Under the pieces are notes generated by a model. It saw nothing but the letters and a program-made list of their open reading frames with translations, was not told where the DNA came from and did no database searches. From a virus (taxonomy: Duplodnaviria; Caudoviricetes), in IMG/VR virus record IMGVR_UViG_3300006805_000023: a stretch of 64,000 nt of DNA; one strand, 5' to 3'. A program made the translations under genes and the position numbers. Positions 15,898 to 24,789 of the stretch are shown piece after piece. Position 1 is the stretch's first letter. Each line of letters begins with the position of its first letter.

Positions 15898-16406
15898 GAC
15901 TGGACCGGGCGACCCGGACCCTGCAGCCTCTTGTAACGTAGAAACGTCAGAGGTCCCTCCTGCCTGATCACTTCAGGCTGCTCGAACAGATGCTCAAACG
16001 GCGGCATGACGACATCACCTTCTGGGATCTCGTCCACCATCGTGAGCAACAGCTCCTGACAACTCGGCAGGAGCTGCTCGTACATCCTGGCCCCGCCGAT
16101 CACGAAGATTTTGTCGCGATCATAGGTGACCTCTCCGAGCTTGCTCAAGCTGCTGATCAGGATGACCTCGCCTGGCAGCGGATCGAGGGTACCGGACACC
16201 ACGATGTTGACCCGGTTGGGGAGGCCGAGGGGCCGATCGAGTGACTCGTAGGTGCGGCTCCCCATCAGGACCGTGTGGCCGGTGGTCACTTCTTTGAAGT
16301 ACTTCATGTCGGCTGAGTGCTTCCAAGGGATCGTGAGACCGTTACCGATCACGCGGTTACGAGCCATGGCTGCGATGGCAACAAGGTGTAGGGGTTGGGT
16401 ATTCAT
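15894..16406 (-). CDS. folA: Dihydrofolate reductase
   Basis: AIAAMARNRVIG...IPWKHSADMKYFKEVTTGHTVLMGSRTYESL...IFVIGGARMY...EGDVVMP. Confidence 0.95.
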   Translation of the reverse strand: MNTQPLHLVAIAAMARNRVIGNGLTIPWKHSADMKYFKEVTTGHTVLMGSRTYESLDRPLGLPNRVNIVVSGTLDPLPGEVILISSLSKLGEVTYDRDKIFVIGGARMYEQLLPSCQELLLTMVDEIPEGDVVMPPFEHLFEQPEVIRQEGPLTFLRYKRLQGPGRPVQS

Positions 16407-16633
16407 GGGCGAAAGGCTTCGAGAAGAGCGATGATGTCGCTGACAAGGTGAGGCCCCTGCGGTATCCCAGCTTTTATAGCAGCGTCCAGGATGTCCTTCA
16501 GGTCCTGGTTGCGCCTGTCCTCGTGCGACTTGAGGCAACGCCCGTTCTGGTGCTGGCGTGACATGCCATAGCCGATCGGCTTCTTGCAGTGCTCACAGAT
16601 GGGGCGATCCCAGGACTCGTCTTCTACGCTCAT
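16403..16633 (-). CDS. Small CxxC protein (76 aa)
   Basis: ICEHCKKPIG; ATGA-coupled to folA. Confidence 0.65.
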   Translation of the reverse strand: MSVEDESWDRPICEHCKKPIGYGMSRQHQNGRCLKSHEDRRNQDLKDILDAAIKAGIPQGPHLVSDIIALLEAFRP

Positions 16634-16651
16634 TCTGGGAAGAAAGCCCGG

Positions 16652-17053
16652 TCAGTCGGGGAACTTGACCCCCAGTTTGTCAGCCTTGAGGGCTTCAGCC
16701 TCGATCTCGGCGACCCACTCAGTCAGGTCATCCAGCTGGGCCTGGTTCTCCTGCCGCAACCGGTCCGCCCTTTCGCCGTCCACACCAGCCAGGGCTGCCA
16801 GATTGTCTTGGCAGATGAGAATCCGCGACCGCACTGCGTTGGCGTACCCCTCCAGGCCACGAGCCGTGAACTTGTCCTTGTACTTCATGACGAAGAACTG
16901 CTCACCGGGCTCTTCGTTGCCGTAGGTCAGGACTCCGGCCTCCTTGAGGAAGTCGAGCATACCCTGCAGGCGCGGGTCCTGTTTGAGAAGATCGAGATTG
17001 ACCAGAGCGTACTTGCCGCGTCCGTCGGCGTTGGTGTTGCGATGCAGTTTCAT
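16652..17053 (-). CDS. Conserved phage hypothetical protein
   Basis: FFVMKYKDKFTARGLEGYA motif typical of a phage family. Confidence 0.75.
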   Translation of the reverse strand: MKLHRNTNADGRGKYALVNLDLLKQDPRLQGMLDFLKEAGVLTYGNEEPGEQFFVMKYKDKFTARGLEGYANAVRSRILICQDNLAALAGVDGERADRLRQENQAQLDDLTEWVAEIEAEALKADKLGVKFPD

Positions 17054-17101
17054 GTGGGGAATGTGGGTTGCCCTACATAAGAAAACTGCTTTCTCATCGG
17101 G

Positions 17102-17572
17102 ATGGAACTACACAACCCGACAGGACTCTCTGGACCCCGTACCAGCCACTACGTTTGCGAAACCTGCGTCAAGGTCATCGCCTGCGTCGAGGTCAGCCCT
17201 GGCATCATCCCAGCGAGGATCGGGTGTGTGTTCGGATGTGGCAAGCGGATGTTCTCGACCTTCTACATCCCACTCCCGGACGACGCACCGCCGGTGCCGG
17301 TGACTCACGAGTTTTACCGGCCTGAGGGTAGCGAACTGGTCCAGATCAAGGGTCACAACCACAAAATGCTGATGTACGTCTGGCGTAGCGGCGAGCTGTG
17401 GCTGCGCAAACGCACCGAGGCCGACACGATCCACCACATCACGCAGGTCACCAAGGCCAGGGTGCTGGCCGACATGCGCAAGAAGCTCGATGAGGTCGAG
17501 CTGTTCTTCACCTGCACCGGGCTTCCCAGGGCGAAGGCCCTGAGCACCAAGAAGCTGACACTGGGCGGCTAA
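17102..17572 (+). CDS. Zn-finger-like hypothetical protein
   Basis: YVCETC...GCVFGCG. Confidence 0.7.
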   Translation: MELHNPTGLSGPRTSHYVCETCVKVIACVEVSPGIIPARIGCVFGCGKRMFSTFYIPLPDDAPPVPVTHEFYRPEGSELVQIKGHNHKMLMYVWRSGELWLRKRTEADTIHHITQVTKARVLADMRKKLDEVELFFTCTGLPRAKALSTKKLTLGG

Positions 17573-17615
17573 GTAATGGGATTGACCGTGCACTCAACAG
17601 TGTTTTTATTTTCGT

Positions 17616-18278
17616 ATGAAAGTAAACGACCTCGTGGAGTCATTGTTGAACGAAAGCGCTGCCTGGACCTTCGACTACGGCGGGGAGTTTCCCCAAGCCT
17701 GGCGTGTCAATGTTGAGGGAGGTCTCGACGTCGTGTACACTGACTCAGGTGGACGTGACATCTCAGCGGTTGCTGACACCTGGCCCAAGGGAACCACCTT
17801 CGAGTCCTTGCCGGATCACGACCCTAGATCCAGAGCAGTGATCCGAGCAGATTCGGGCGAGGGTGCTGAGTACGACCTTGTCAACAGAGTCTCCGAGCTG
17901 ATAGATGGGGAAAACGCTCAGGAGGCGTGGGATCTAGTGATGAAAAACGGCAAAAGGGTGCGCGTCGGGAAGCCACCTACGCCCAGTAAAAAGGCCGCCA
18001 AAGATGCATTCCTCCAGGGAACCTGGGAGGCTATGATGGATGTGTGGGAAAACGCGCCTACCACGCCAGAAGGAAAGGCTGAGGCCATGGCCAGGGGGAA
18101 CAAAATGTACCAAAAAGCCAATAATCTCATGGTTGGTGACGAGAGGACTAGACTACAGAATGTGGCAACGTCCCTGAGAAGCGTCGGTGGTGGCTACGGG
18201 CCGAGCGATGACATGCGGAAGGCTCTGGAAGCACGAGCAAGAGGCGAGGCATCAAGACATCCGTGGGATGTGTATTAG
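17616..18278 (+). CDS. Hypothetical protein, possible internal head protein
   Basis: N-terminal MKVNDLVESLLNES. Confidence 0.8.
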   Translation: MKVNDLVESLLNESAAWTFDYGGEFPQAWRVNVEGGLDVVYTDSGGRDISAVADTWPKGTTFESLPDHDPRSRAVIRADSGEGAEYDLVNRVSELIDGENAQEAWDLVMKNGKRVRVGKPPTPSKKAAKDAFLQGTWEAMMDVWENAPTTPEGKAEAMARGNKMYQKANNLMVGDERTRLQNVATSLRSVGGGYGPSDDMRKALEARARGEASRHPWDVY

Positions 18279-18592
18279 TGCGGGACGCGCTGCAGACCAA
18301 GCGCCGTCAGGTCGATCACCCAGTCGTTCATGACTGCGCCTTCTTGGCGCTTGTGACCCTCGATCTCCAGCAAGTTGAAGCCGGAATCATAGGCCTCGTC
18401 CTCGTCGCTGGCTTCAACCAGCATCTTTGCAAACGAGATCCCGCCTGGATCAGTGTGGGGAATGACATCGGGCTGCGGCTGGCCGCTGGTCTTTTCGACC
18501 AGCCCGTTTAACAGGGAGACACTTTCTGGGTTTGCTGGAAGCACCTGGCACTGGACGTAGAGGTAGAGGCGGAGTGGGTCGTTTGGGATCAT
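18275..18592 (-). CDS. Hypothetical protein (105 aa)
   Basis: Stop overlaps the convergent gene; plausible composition. Confidence 0.65.
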   Translation of the reverse strand: MIPNDPLRLYLYVQCQVLPANPESVSLLNGLVEKTSGQPQPDVIPHTDPGGISFAKMLVEASDEDEAYDSGFNLLEIEGHKRQEGAVMNDWVIDLTALGLQRVPH

Positions 18593-18950
18593 CCGCCACC
18601 CTACCCTTGCCCTCCTTAGCTGTCAATTCCGTTTTCAAGCCTCCGAGCAACGCCCCAAGGGTCCCAAGACGTTGTTCCATGTCGGCCAGCTTCTCCTCGT
18701 TGGCGGGGGTCCCCTGGCTCCAGTATCCGTACTGGCCGTCCACGCAGCTTACCTCCCTCCAGAGCGGGGTTGCCGTGCCGTTCCCTCCTAGTATGGCGCG
18801 TGCCAGGTCCCAGCACTTCTTCGTGGTCTGGCCCTCGACCACGCTCGTCGTGCTGCCGTAGCGGAGAATGGCAACCGGGTTGACGTAGCGGACGCCGTTT
18901 ACGGTGCGTCCGCCCTTGACCCTTGATACTTCAATGCTTGCAAACTTCAT
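18450..18950 (-). CDS. Hypothetical protein (C-terminal part of ORF 18450..19187)
   Basis: ATG 18950 MKFASIEVSRVKGG; overlaps the downstream gene by 143 nt. Confidence 0.45.
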   Translation of the reverse strand: MKFASIEVSRVKGGRTVNGVRYVNPVAILRYGSTTSVVEGQTTKKCWDLARAILGGNGTATPLWREVSCVDGQYGYWSQGTPANEEKLADMEQRLGTLGALLGGLKTELTAKEGKGRVADDPKRPTPPLPLRPVPGASSKPRKCLPVKRAGRKDQRPAAARCHSPH

Positions 18951-18969
18951 GCTAGATATAAACAACACC

Positions 18970-19236
18970 ATGCTCCAGCTCATCGAGACCCTCACCGAAG
19001 CCAAACCGAAGTGCCATTGCTCAGATGAGGGCATTCGCAAGATCATCAAAAGCGTGGGTGGCAACGTGGCCGAAATGCAGGAGACGCAGGCCCAGTTCGT
19101 CGTCACGGTCGAGCTTAGCAAAAACAACTTCGAGAAGCTCGAAAAGGCCATCAACGATAAGTTTCCGGACCACCTTCGCACTATCACGAAGTGTGGTCCG
19201 GCTCATGCCTCAGTGGCGATCTGGAAGAAGGACTAG
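18970..19236 (+). CDS. Hypothetical protein with N-terminal LIETLTE
   Basis: ORF 18904..19236 trimmed; TAGATAT at 18953-18959. Confidence 0.6.
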   Translation: MLQLIETLTEAKPKCHCSDEGIRKIIKSVGGNVAEMQETQAQFVVTVELSKNNFEKLEKAINDKFPDHLRTITKCGPAHASVAIWKKD

Positions 19237-19556
19237 GCGGTGCGCGTCACGTAGTCCGTGATGAATTCGACTTCACCACCGATGTAAGCTTCGCGCTGGG
19301 TGCGGTTCGAGAAAGCGAACTCCCAGTCACCCATCGACGCTGTCAAGACGCCCTTGCCCAGTCCGATGGAGTCGTCACCAGTGACCTTAACCCAGGAGTC
19401 GGCGTGCTGCTGCACCATCTTAAGGACGCCGACGCGGCTCTTGCGGGAGGTGTAGCCTGCCAGGATCTTGGTGCCGTCAGGCCCGGTGGCGATAATCTCG
19501 TAGCGGGTCTTGAAGTTCTGGATGCGGGTCAGCTTGGCGGTAAGTTCGGGGCTCAT
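19233..19556 (-). CDS. Hypothetical protein, leaderless
   Basis: 5 nt after a class-1 promoter. Confidence 0.8.
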   Translation of the reverse strand: MSPELTAKLTRIQNFKTRYEIIATGPDGTKILAGYTSRKSRVGVLKMVQQHADSWVKVTGDDSIGLGKGVLTASMGDWEFAFSNRTQREAYIGGEVEFITDYVTRTA

Positions 19557-19561
19557 TCAGG

Positions 19562-19590
19562 AACTTAACACAGGTTCTAGCACTTGTCAA
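19562..19590 (-). promoter_or_regulatory. Class-1 promoter TTGACA-N17-TAAGTT
   Basis: Reverse strand TTGACA agtgctagaacctgtgt TAAGTT cctga ATG. Confidence 0.9.
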
Positions 19591-19594
19591 GTCC

Positions 19595-21259
19595 TCAGCG
19601 CTTGTGGTAAATGAAGCAAAGCTTCTCAGAGCCCCAGACTTTCCGGAGCAGATTCGTCTCCGCGTAGGCCGCCTCAGTGGTTGACATCTTTTGAGCCCTG
19701 CCCCAGACGGTGCGCTTGTGAACGACCCAGCCGAGCTGATCCACGTAGTAGTAGTCGGGAGCGACCGTGTGACTGAACCGGAAGTTGCTGGCCCGGTAGA
19801 GGCCGCCTGAGTGGCCCATCGTGGTGTCCGCGTAGGTCACAACGTCCTGACCGCTAAGCTTGAGACAACGCGACAAAAACCACGATCCAAGGTTCTTGAC
19901 CTGGTAGGCCGGGTCAAGCCAGAACCGCGTCAGCTCCACGGCGTCCTTGTATTTGAGGGTCTGCTCGTTGCGCTGGAACGGCCCAAACGAACACGCCCCG
20001 ATGACGGTTTCACCCGAGAACAGCCCAAGATGTTGTTTGCCACGGCTTGACCCCAGGTAATGACGCGAGTAAACGACCTGCGACTCCCGGAACGTGATCT
20101 CGCGAATCGCCAGAGCCTTGAAGTCAACTTCGTGCAACGCTGGCTTGTCAGCCAGGCCTAGCATCTCTTTGATCCGGTGCAGCACGCGCCCCTCGGTGTG
20201 GAACTCAAGCTCCCAGATCACTGCCAGCCTGACACCGGGGCAATAGCGCTCCACGTAGGTCGCCTTAGCCTTGTCACGCGGACCGGCGGCTGGCTTGCCA
20301 TGCCAGTACTCCCCGTGGCACTCGATCAAAAGGTTGTGGTCTGGAACCCAGACGTCGAAGTTCCAGGGTCCGATCGGATGCTCGGACGCCCACTTGATGC
20401 CAAGCGAATCCAGGATAGCAAACACTGCCTTGTTGAGAGATGACACCACTGGTTGGTTAGCGCGGGCCACAGCCATCTTGGCCTTGACAACCTCGCTCTG
20501 CATGGCGTCCCTGACGCTCTGCTTAAACTCTCCAGTAGCGCCAAGCTCGCGTGACTTCGCACAAAAACGCTCCACCCAGACAGGGTCGTCCCAGTAGGAC
20601 TGCAGCCGGTGCTGCAGCTCAGGATCGGCCATCGCTTCCAGGTGCCTGCGCCGAACCTCCGGGTTGTCCCAGTTGGCCTTCACAATGCCTGTCAGGCGCT
20701 CCCGGTACTCTGGGTTGGCCCAGCACTGCTGCGACATTGTGGACATAGCAGCCGCGTAGTCCGGGTCCTGCCAGCGCACCAGGGTGGCGGTGCGCAGCCG
20801 CTCGCGCAGGCTGATCGACCGCATCGCTAGCAAATGCCGGTCGCGCACCTCTGGGTTCGAGTACGACTCCTTGAGAGTCATAGCCATGTTGGCGCGGTAT
20901 ACCGGGTCTGCAGCACGCCTGCGGATCATGGTCAGCCAGCCCTCATCCTGTGACCGCTTTCTGATGGCGGCCCGCATCCGACCAGAAGTTTCTGGATCAG
21001 TCCAGGCCGCCTTGCTCTGCTGCGACAGGCGCTGGCGCTCTTCGGAAGTGGCTGGCACGCCCTTGTTATGTGGGACCACCCGTCCTTCAGCCTGTGCCTC
21101 CTTGAAACCGGCCTGCTGTTTCTCCCGATAGTCGGGTGACTTTATGACGCACTTAAAACAACGGGTCTCGCCCTTGCGCTTGCGGCGGGACACGGTCATG
21201 CGGTTCACGATCTCTATCGTTCCGCACGCCGAACATGTCACTGTGTAAACCTTAGCCAC
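19595..21259 (-). CDS. Homing-endonuclease-like fusion: Zn ribbon, WxDPExR helical repeats, Vsr/DUF559-type nuclease, Mom-like GNAT domain
   Basis: IGPWNFDVWVPDHNLLIECHGEYWHG; HYLG...ELTRFW...VVTYADTTMGHSGGLYRASNF. Confidence 0.8.
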   Translation of the reverse strand: MAKVYTVTCSACGTIEIVNRMTVSRRKRKGETRCFKCVIKSPDYREKQQAGFKEAQAEGRVVPHNKGVPATSEERQRLSQQSKAAWTDPETSGRMRAAIRKRSQDEGWLTMIRRRAADPVYRANMAMTLKESYSNPEVRDRHLLAMRSISLRERLRTATLVRWQDPDYAAAMSTMSQQCWANPEYRERLTGIVKANWDNPEVRRRHLEAMADPELQHRLQSYWDDPVWVERFCAKSRELGATGEFKQSVRDAMQSEVVKAKMAVARANQPVVSSLNKAVFAILDSLGIKWASEHPIGPWNFDVWVPDHNLLIECHGEYWHGKPAAGPRDKAKATYVERYCPGVRLAVIWELEFHTEGRVLHRIKEMLGLADKPALHEVDFKALAIREITFRESQVVYSRHYLGSSRGKQHLGLFSGETVIGACSFGPFQRNEQTLKYKDAVELTRFWLDPAYQVKNLGSWFLSRCLKLSGQDVVTYADTTMGHSGGLYRASNFRFSHTVAPDYYYVDQLGWVVHKRTVWGRAQKMSTTEAAYAETNLLRKVWGSEKLCFIYHKR

Positions 21260-21298
21260 TGTTCACCCTACACCCGAGGAGCCGCTCGGTCAACCCAG

Positions 21299-23791
21299 TT
21301 ACTTCTGTTTCTTGGCTTTCCTGATGTCGCGAGCCATCTCCTCGACTCCCTCGTCGTCATCCTGGCGCTTGCGCTTGCGTGGATTCTCTTCCTCGTCCTC
21401 TTCCTCCGGCATTGGCTCAGAACCAATTGACGAAAGGTACATGTAAGCTGGGTCGCAGCGGCAGATGATGCGGTTGTTGCCACCTTCATTACGGGAAGCG
21501 ATCGGGATGAGGTGCAGAGTGCCCTCTTTCTTGTACCTACGCAATGCGTAACAATAGTCACAAATCCCAACCCACTCGAAGCTCGCCGCCATGTGTTTCA
21601 TACCTGGACGGTTGGATGACTGCTCCTCACGGTTAGAACGGGCTGCCGTCCAGAGTGGGAACTTCCATTTCTGAGCTACTGAGCGCAGGTCGGTCGCGAT
21701 GATGACCTTCTCCAAGTAGTCCTTCTCCTTCTTCTGGTCGGACCCCACAAGGTTCAGGTAGTCGATGACTACCATGCCGAACACGATGCCGTGCTCGCGC
21801 TGCATCATTTCGAGGTAGTCATCCAGCACCTTGGGTGTGAACTTGTAGGCGTCAAAGTACTTGATGACGATGTTCTTGCCTGGCTGATAGATGTTCTTGA
21901 CGCGGATCTTCCAGTAGTCGATGAACCCCTCTGGGTTGCGCATCATGTCGTGCTTGGTCCGCATCGTGGTGCGCACTCCAAACCGCAGGAGCTGAAGATG
22001 CTCCGACAGCTCCAGGGTGATGTAAAGAGTGTTGACCCCCACGCCGCGCTTCACGGCGTTAAAGGCGAAGTTGAGCATCGTCCCACTGTTGTGTGTGACC
22101 GTAAAGTCGCCGAGGAGGTAGCGATGGTTGCCATCAGTCCTCCAGCCGCACCAGTCGCCCTCCCCAACTGGCTCCACTTTGATCGGTGTCCGGTCTGTCA
22201 CCTTCACGGAGTCGGTGCCGCGCTTGCGTGCCAGCTTGGTTGGGATCTCGCTGACCTTGCCCTGGATGAGGGTCCGGAACGCGGTGTGATAGGTCTTGGT
22301 GCCGTCTGGGTGAACACAGGACGACCTGAACTCGACAACATGTGCTCTGAACCCAAGGCTGCGGGCCAGCCAACAGGCGTCGTCGCAGAGAGTCCGGTTG
22401 GTGTTGTTGAACGTGAACCCATTCACGCGCAGGAAATGACCATCGCTGTCGATCATCCCAGCCAGCACCTGGAGCCTGACCTCGCGACTGTTAAACTTGT
22501 AGAGGTCGGGCACGTGCTTCAGGCTGCCAGCCCCACCCAAACCAACCGAGCGTAGAGCTTGTTTCAGCGGGTTAAAACCGGGGGAGTCAGTAACCAAGTT
22601 GACGTTTGAACATTTCGCTCTCACCCTAGCACCGGTCTTATCCACTCTGAACTTCTGCTGCTCACTAATTCTGAGCCCCCACTGAGAAGCCAGGCCGCTT
22701 AGATAATCCTTTACCTCGTGATCGTCATCTGCACTACAAATCCCAGTGTTCCGTATCACTCCGTCGCCAAGCCAAAGCCCAATGTAGTAGGGGCAGACCA
22801 GAGTGGCCTGAGACGGAAACTCGACGCCAGCCTTGAAGCCCTGCCAGGTCCGCTTGAACCACGGCTTCTGTTTGGCGTATTCCTCAGCAGTCATCTCCAG
22901 GGTCTGTTCAGTGTGATACCTGGCTTGCTGCGGGACCTCTGTATCAGGGCGTTTCAAGACGAGCTTGTGCTCAGCAGTGACTGTGTAGGAGTCGCCGTTG
23001 GCCTGAGTCACCTTAAACATCTGTCCTCGCCCGGTGCCAAGCTCCAACACCCGACGAGGAGTTGAGTCATCCCCCATCAGCAAGTCACCGAGCTTCACTT
23101 CTTTGGCGAGCTTGATACTCCCGTCGAACATCATAACCGGCTGATTTGGTTCCGAGCACTTGAAGCCCTTAGGCGGTGCCATGAGCATGCAAAGGTCGCC
23201 CTGTCTTGGTCCCCCGCCCAGCTCGGCGTCAAAGTGGACCAACCCGGTTGGGATCGCGGGTCGCCACTTAGGGTCGGTCTCGTTCCTCACCATGGTCTCT
23301 GTAGCGCCGATCACCAGACTTCCCGGATCGGTCTTCTTGGTGCCAGCCATCAGAGCCACCCGGAAGCGGTCAACCAGTGCTGCGTCGATCTTACCGGCCT
23401 GCAGGTCATCCAGGGTCTCGACCACCGCTGACTGAAGGGCCTTTCCTTGCAAGAACTGGGCCAGTCGTGCTGCCACGTAGGCCGGTGAAGCACTAGGGGG
23501 CTTACAGATCTCCTCGACGTGGTCCAGAAGCGTCTGGCGCTGTCTCTTTTCGCGCTCATTGCCAGCGGCGAAGGCCACCAGAATGTGGTCACGCAGGACG
23601 GACCGTGACGGGATCGCCCGATAGGTCCTGTAGTAGTCCTGGGCCATCCCCCACAACATCTGGGACGAAGCGTCCAGCAGATACTCCGGTTTGAGCGAGG
23701 ACTCGCATCCTAGGAACAGTCCCTGATCGGCCAGCACGGTGCGGACTACCTCAAGCTCAAAATCAGGATCTTCGGTCAGTAGGGTTGCCAT
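21299..23791 (-). CDS. dnaB: Replicative DNA helicase (DnaB/T4 gp41-like) containing an intein
   Basis: IPTGLVHFDAELGGG, P-loop APPKGFK|S, LYITLELSE, Walker B VVIDYLNL, WTAARSNR. Confidence 0.9.
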   Translation of the reverse strand: MATLLTEDPDFELEVVRTVLADQGLFLGCESSLKPEYLLDASSQMLWGMAQDYYRTYRAIPSRSVLRDHILVAFAAGNEREKRQRQTLLDHVEEICKPPSASPAYVAARLAQFLQGKALQSAVVETLDDLQAGKIDAALVDRFRVALMAGTKKTDPGSLVIGATETMVRNETDPKWRPAIPTGLVHFDAELGGGPRQGDLCMLMAPPKGFKCSEPNQPVMMFDGSIKLAKEVKLGDLLMGDDSTPRRVLELGTGRGQMFKVTQANGDSYTVTAEHKLVLKRPDTEVPQQARYHTEQTLEMTAEEYAKQKPWFKRTWQGFKAGVEFPSQATLVCPYYIGLWLGDGVIRNTGICSADDDHEVKDYLSGLASQWGLRISEQQKFRVDKTGARVRAKCSNVNLVTDSPGFNPLKQALRSVGLGGAGSLKHVPDLYKFNSREVRLQVLAGMIDSDGHFLRVNGFTFNNTNRTLCDDACWLARSLGFRAHVVEFRSSCVHPDGTKTYHTAFRTLIQGKVSEIPTKLARKRGTDSVKVTDRTPIKVEPVGEGDWCGWRTDGNHRYLLGDFTVTHNSGTMLNFAFNAVKRGVGVNTLYITLELSEHLQLLRFGVRTTMRTKHDMMRNPEGFIDYWKIRVKNIYQPGKNIVIKYFDAYKFTPKVLDDYLEMMQREHGIVFGMVVIDYLNLVGSDQKKEKDYLEKVIIATDLRSVAQKWKFPLWTAARSNREEQSSNRPGMKHMAASFEWVGICDYCYALRRYKKEGTLHLIPIASRNEGGNNRIICRCDPAYMYLSSIGSEPMPEEEDEEENPRKRKRQDDDEGVEEMARDIRKAKKQK
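22088..23158 (-). mobile_element. Intein (357 aa) with LAGLIDADG endonuclease in the helicase P-loop
   Basis: Starts CSEPNQPVMMFDG, ends LGDFTVTHN, +1 Ser; IGLWLGDG and LAGMIDSDG motifs. Confidence 0.93.
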
Positions 23792-23849
23792 TCGGGAGTG
23801 TTACGGGGTGTGGGGGAAGGAGACTGTTAGAAAGCCCGCCCAGAATGCG

Positions 23850-23856
23850 TAGCTAT
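23850..23856 (+). promoter_or_regulatory. Class-2 motif TAGCTAT
   Basis: 4 nt before ATG 23861, in a divergent gap. Confidence 0.6.
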
Positions 23857-23860
23857 CAGC

Positions 23861-24115
23861 ATGGCAAAGAGCACTCTTACCCCTACCGACCAGACCGCTG
23901 ATTCAACTCCAGGGCAGTCTGGTGCGCCTACACGCAAGTATCGTCTGGTAAACCGGATGGGGCAGAAGGTGGTCGTCAACATCGTGGTCAACGGTGTTCA
24001 GGAGTCAATCGAGCTTGGCATCCAGGAGAAGAGCCGCCCGTACTCGACCGCAGACTTCGGGCCTCATGCTGAGACCCTCAGAAGGTCACGCCATCTGATG
24101 ATCGAGGCTTGCTAA
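23861..24115 (+). CDS. Hypothetical protein (84 aa)
   Basis: Class-2 motif upstream; plausible composition. Confidence 0.7.
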   Translation: MAKSTLTPTDQTADSTPGQSGAPTRKYRLVNRMGQKVVVNIVVNGVQESIELGIQEKSRPYSTADFGPHAETLRRSRHLMIEAC

Positions 24116-24193
24116 GCCTTCAGTCCTTCGCCACGCCAGCGTTCCATGTTTGCCTGAATGAACTCCTTCAGGTTCTTCGGCTGGTACTTCGCT

Positions 24194-24388
24194 TTAGCCC
24201 ATTCCAGGAAGGCGAATGATTTGAGTCCAATCGACGGAACCGAGCCAACCCCCCTTCTCCTGCCAGATCTGATAACCGAGTGGGGTGAAAGAGGCGTCCC
24301 AGCGACGCGCTTCCACTTGAAGGGACGCAGTCTTGTATGGGTCGTTGGACTCGGCCAGAGCCTTGAGGCTCGAAGTAACGTTGGTCAT
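24194..24388 (-). CDS. Hypothetical protein (64 aa)
   Basis: ATGA-coupled. Confidence 0.55.
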   Translation of the reverse strand: MTNVTSSLKALAESNDPYKTASLQVEARRWDASFTPLGYQIWQEKGGWLGSVDWTQIIRLPGMG

Positions 24389-24780
24389 ACCCGCTTAGAA
24401 AGAAGCTTGCCAACAAAACGCTCAACGGATTCGTTCTGTGGGATGTTTGGGTCGTCACGCTCCTCGCGCTCGGCCTTGAGCTGCATCAGGACGCGCTTGC
24501 CGGAGGCCCTGGCAGAGAATGAGTTAAGGCGTTGCGTCAGGATGGCCTTCATTTCATCCGGGTTAGCTGCCCCCTCGATCATATTAGCAGTATGACGCCC
24601 CCAAGAGCTATCCATCAGAGCCACGACGTCCTCATCGTGCTGAATCTTGTAGGCCTCTTTGACGATCTGACAGGCAGCTGCGAAGATCTTGTCGGCCATG
24701 CTGGTGATCATCTTGCTGCTCAGAGAAGCAAAATAGAAGCCGTGGCCGGTGTTGTTGCTGATGAAGGTCGTTTCGTTCAT
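24385..24780 (-). CDS. Hypothetical protein (131 aa)
   Basis: TAACTAT 5 nt upstream. Confidence 0.7.
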   Translation of the reverse strand: MNETTFISNNTGHGFYFASLSSKMITSMADKIFAAACQIVKEAYKIQHDEDVVALMDSSWGRHTANMIEGAANPDEMKAILTQRLNSFSARASGKRVLMQLKAEREERDDPNIPQNESVERFVGKLLSKRV

Positions 24781-24789
24781 GTAGGATAG

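Noticed and set aside
22728-22736. 9-nt match (TCTGCACTA) to the putative TnpB guide inside the helicase intein
   Set aside because: A 9-mer match is expected by chance in 128 kb of two-strand sequence.
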